This document shows positions 30,808 to 32,000 of a DNA stretch of 32,000 nucleotides, one piece after another; the first letter of the stretch is position 1; the number at the start of each line of letters is the position of its first letter. The stretch is from Candidatus Saccharimonadota bacterium (GTDB taxonomy: Bacteria > Patescibacteriota > Gracilibacteria > BD1-5 > UBA6164): assembly GCA_963677765.1 (NCBI GenBank), contig OY782392.1:840001-872000 (forward strand). The letters are read 5' to 3'. The position numbers and the translations under genes are program-made. Under the pieces are notes generated by a model. It made no database searches, was not told the origin of the DNA, and saw only the letters and a list, made by a program, of their open reading frames with translations.

Positions 30808-32000
30808 ATGTTAAGAACGCATAATTGTAATGAACTTACTTCAAAAAATATAGGTGAAAAAGTTACTTTATCATGATGGGTTAGTAATAGAAGAGATCAT
30901 GGTGGTATTATTTTTATCGATTTAAGAGATAGATATGGATTAACTCAAGTTGTTTTTGATCCAGAAGATAATAAAAAAGCTTGGGAATTAGCTGATAGTT
31001 TTAGAAGTGAATATGTTATACAAGCTACTTGAACTGTTAGATCTAGACCAGAAGGTCAAGAAAATCCTAGAATGTATACTTGAGAAATTGAAATAATAAT
31101 AGATGATGAAGTAAAAATTTTATCAAAATCAAAAACTCCTCCTTTTGAATTAGACTGACATGGTGAATTATCAAATGAAGAAGTTAGATATAAACATAGA
31201 TATTTAGATTTAAGAAGACCTCAAGCTTTAGAAAATGTTAAGTTTAGATCTAAATTTATAACTTATACTAGAAACTGGTTTACATCTAGAGATTTTTTAG
31301 ATGTACAAACTCCTATTTTTACAGCTAGTTCTCCTGAATGAGCTAGAGATTTTGTTATACCTTCTAGATTACATCCAGGTAAATTTTATGCTTTACCTCA
31401 AGCTCCTCAACAATATAAACAATTGTTAATGGTTGGTGGTATTGATAAATATTTTCAAATAGCTCCATGTTTTAGAGATGAAGATCCTAGAGCAGATAGA
31501 CATGCTTGTGAATTTTATCAAATCGATTGTGAAATGTCTTTTGTTGAACAACAAGATATATTTAATGTAGTAGAAAGTTTTTTCTTTGATTTAGTTAAAG
31601 AATTATCTACAAAAAAAATAATGGATGAAAAATTCTATTCTATGAGTTTTGTTGATGCTATGGAAAAATATGGTTCAGATAAACCAGATTTAAGATATGG
31701 TTTAGAAATGGTTGATGTAATGGATATATTTTCTAGATCTACTAATGAAATTTTTTCTTCAATTGCTAGTGATACGAAAACTAATAGAATAAAAGCATTA
31801 AGAGTTCCTTCATGAGATACTTATTTTTCAAAAACACAAATGAAAAATTTTGAAAAATTCGTTAGACAACATTGAGCTCAAGGTCTAGGTTATTTTCAAA
31901 TGCAAGAAGATGGATTAAAAGGACCTTTGAATAAATTCTTTAGTGAATCAGATTTACAAGAAATAATTGATAGAACAGGACTTGAAGTATGAGATGCTAT
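30808..32000 (+). CDS. aspS: Aspartate--tRNA ligase (bacterial type), N-terminal ~397 aa; continues past the window end
   Basis: Translation: [44 protein letters not shown]...HRYLDLRRP...[17 protein letters not shown]...[53 protein letters not shown]. The SGW, TGT, PEGARDF and other Gly positions are TGA. Confidence 0.97.

Noticed and set aside
1-32000. Interpretation of the fragmented ORF track as a pseudogene-rich, decaying region
   Set aside because: The interruptions are exclusively TGA, never TAA or TAG. They fall on conserved Gly positions, and every reading frame is otherwise intact with proper starts, stops, operon spacing and terminators. Recoding explains the pattern; decay does not.
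1-32000. TGA = Trp (table 4, Mollicutes/Spiroplasma-type) as the alternative code
   Set aside because: TGA aligns with invariant Gly residues (P-loops, GxGxG, the lipobox Gly, the LexA Ala-Gly site). TGG is retained for Trp and occurs adjacent to TGA (HWG, VWG, TGW). Reading Trp would give WW pairs and QWQW repeats.

Overview
This is a very AT-rich window (about 20-25% GC by eye) that is almost entirely coding, but only if in-frame TGA is read as glycine (translation table 25, the SR1/Absconditabacteria and Gracilibacteria code). The supplied standard-code ORF track therefore shows only fragments, plus several antisense artefacts. I retranslated both strands by hand with TGA as a sense codon. 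That gives about 35 CDSs, and every one ends in TAA or TAG.

Gene content in order:
- A small lipoprotein cassette bracketed by 39-bp direct repeats.
- Two small helical proteins and a Tim44-like protein.
- A 557-aa lipoprotein and a Memo-like/CapA fusion lipoprotein.
- A MATE transporter, SanA, LemA, an HtpX-type M48 protease, a large polytopic membrane protein and a YbaK-type deacylase.
- An 84-bp tandem repeat upstream of a secreted DUF2202 ferritin-like protein, followed by an OmpR/HK two-component system.
- A second RR-HK pair translationally coupled to a membrane-anchored spermidine-synthase-like protein.
- A Bat/MoxR-DUF58-VWA operon.
- RimK, a PhnA/YjdM-like protein and LexA (with a palindrome over its -10 box).
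- An N-terminally extended PPK2.
- A T-box-like leader upstream of aspS.

No tRNA, rRNA, CRISPR array or transposase was seen. All family assignments come from motif recognition in my own hand translations; no database search was run.
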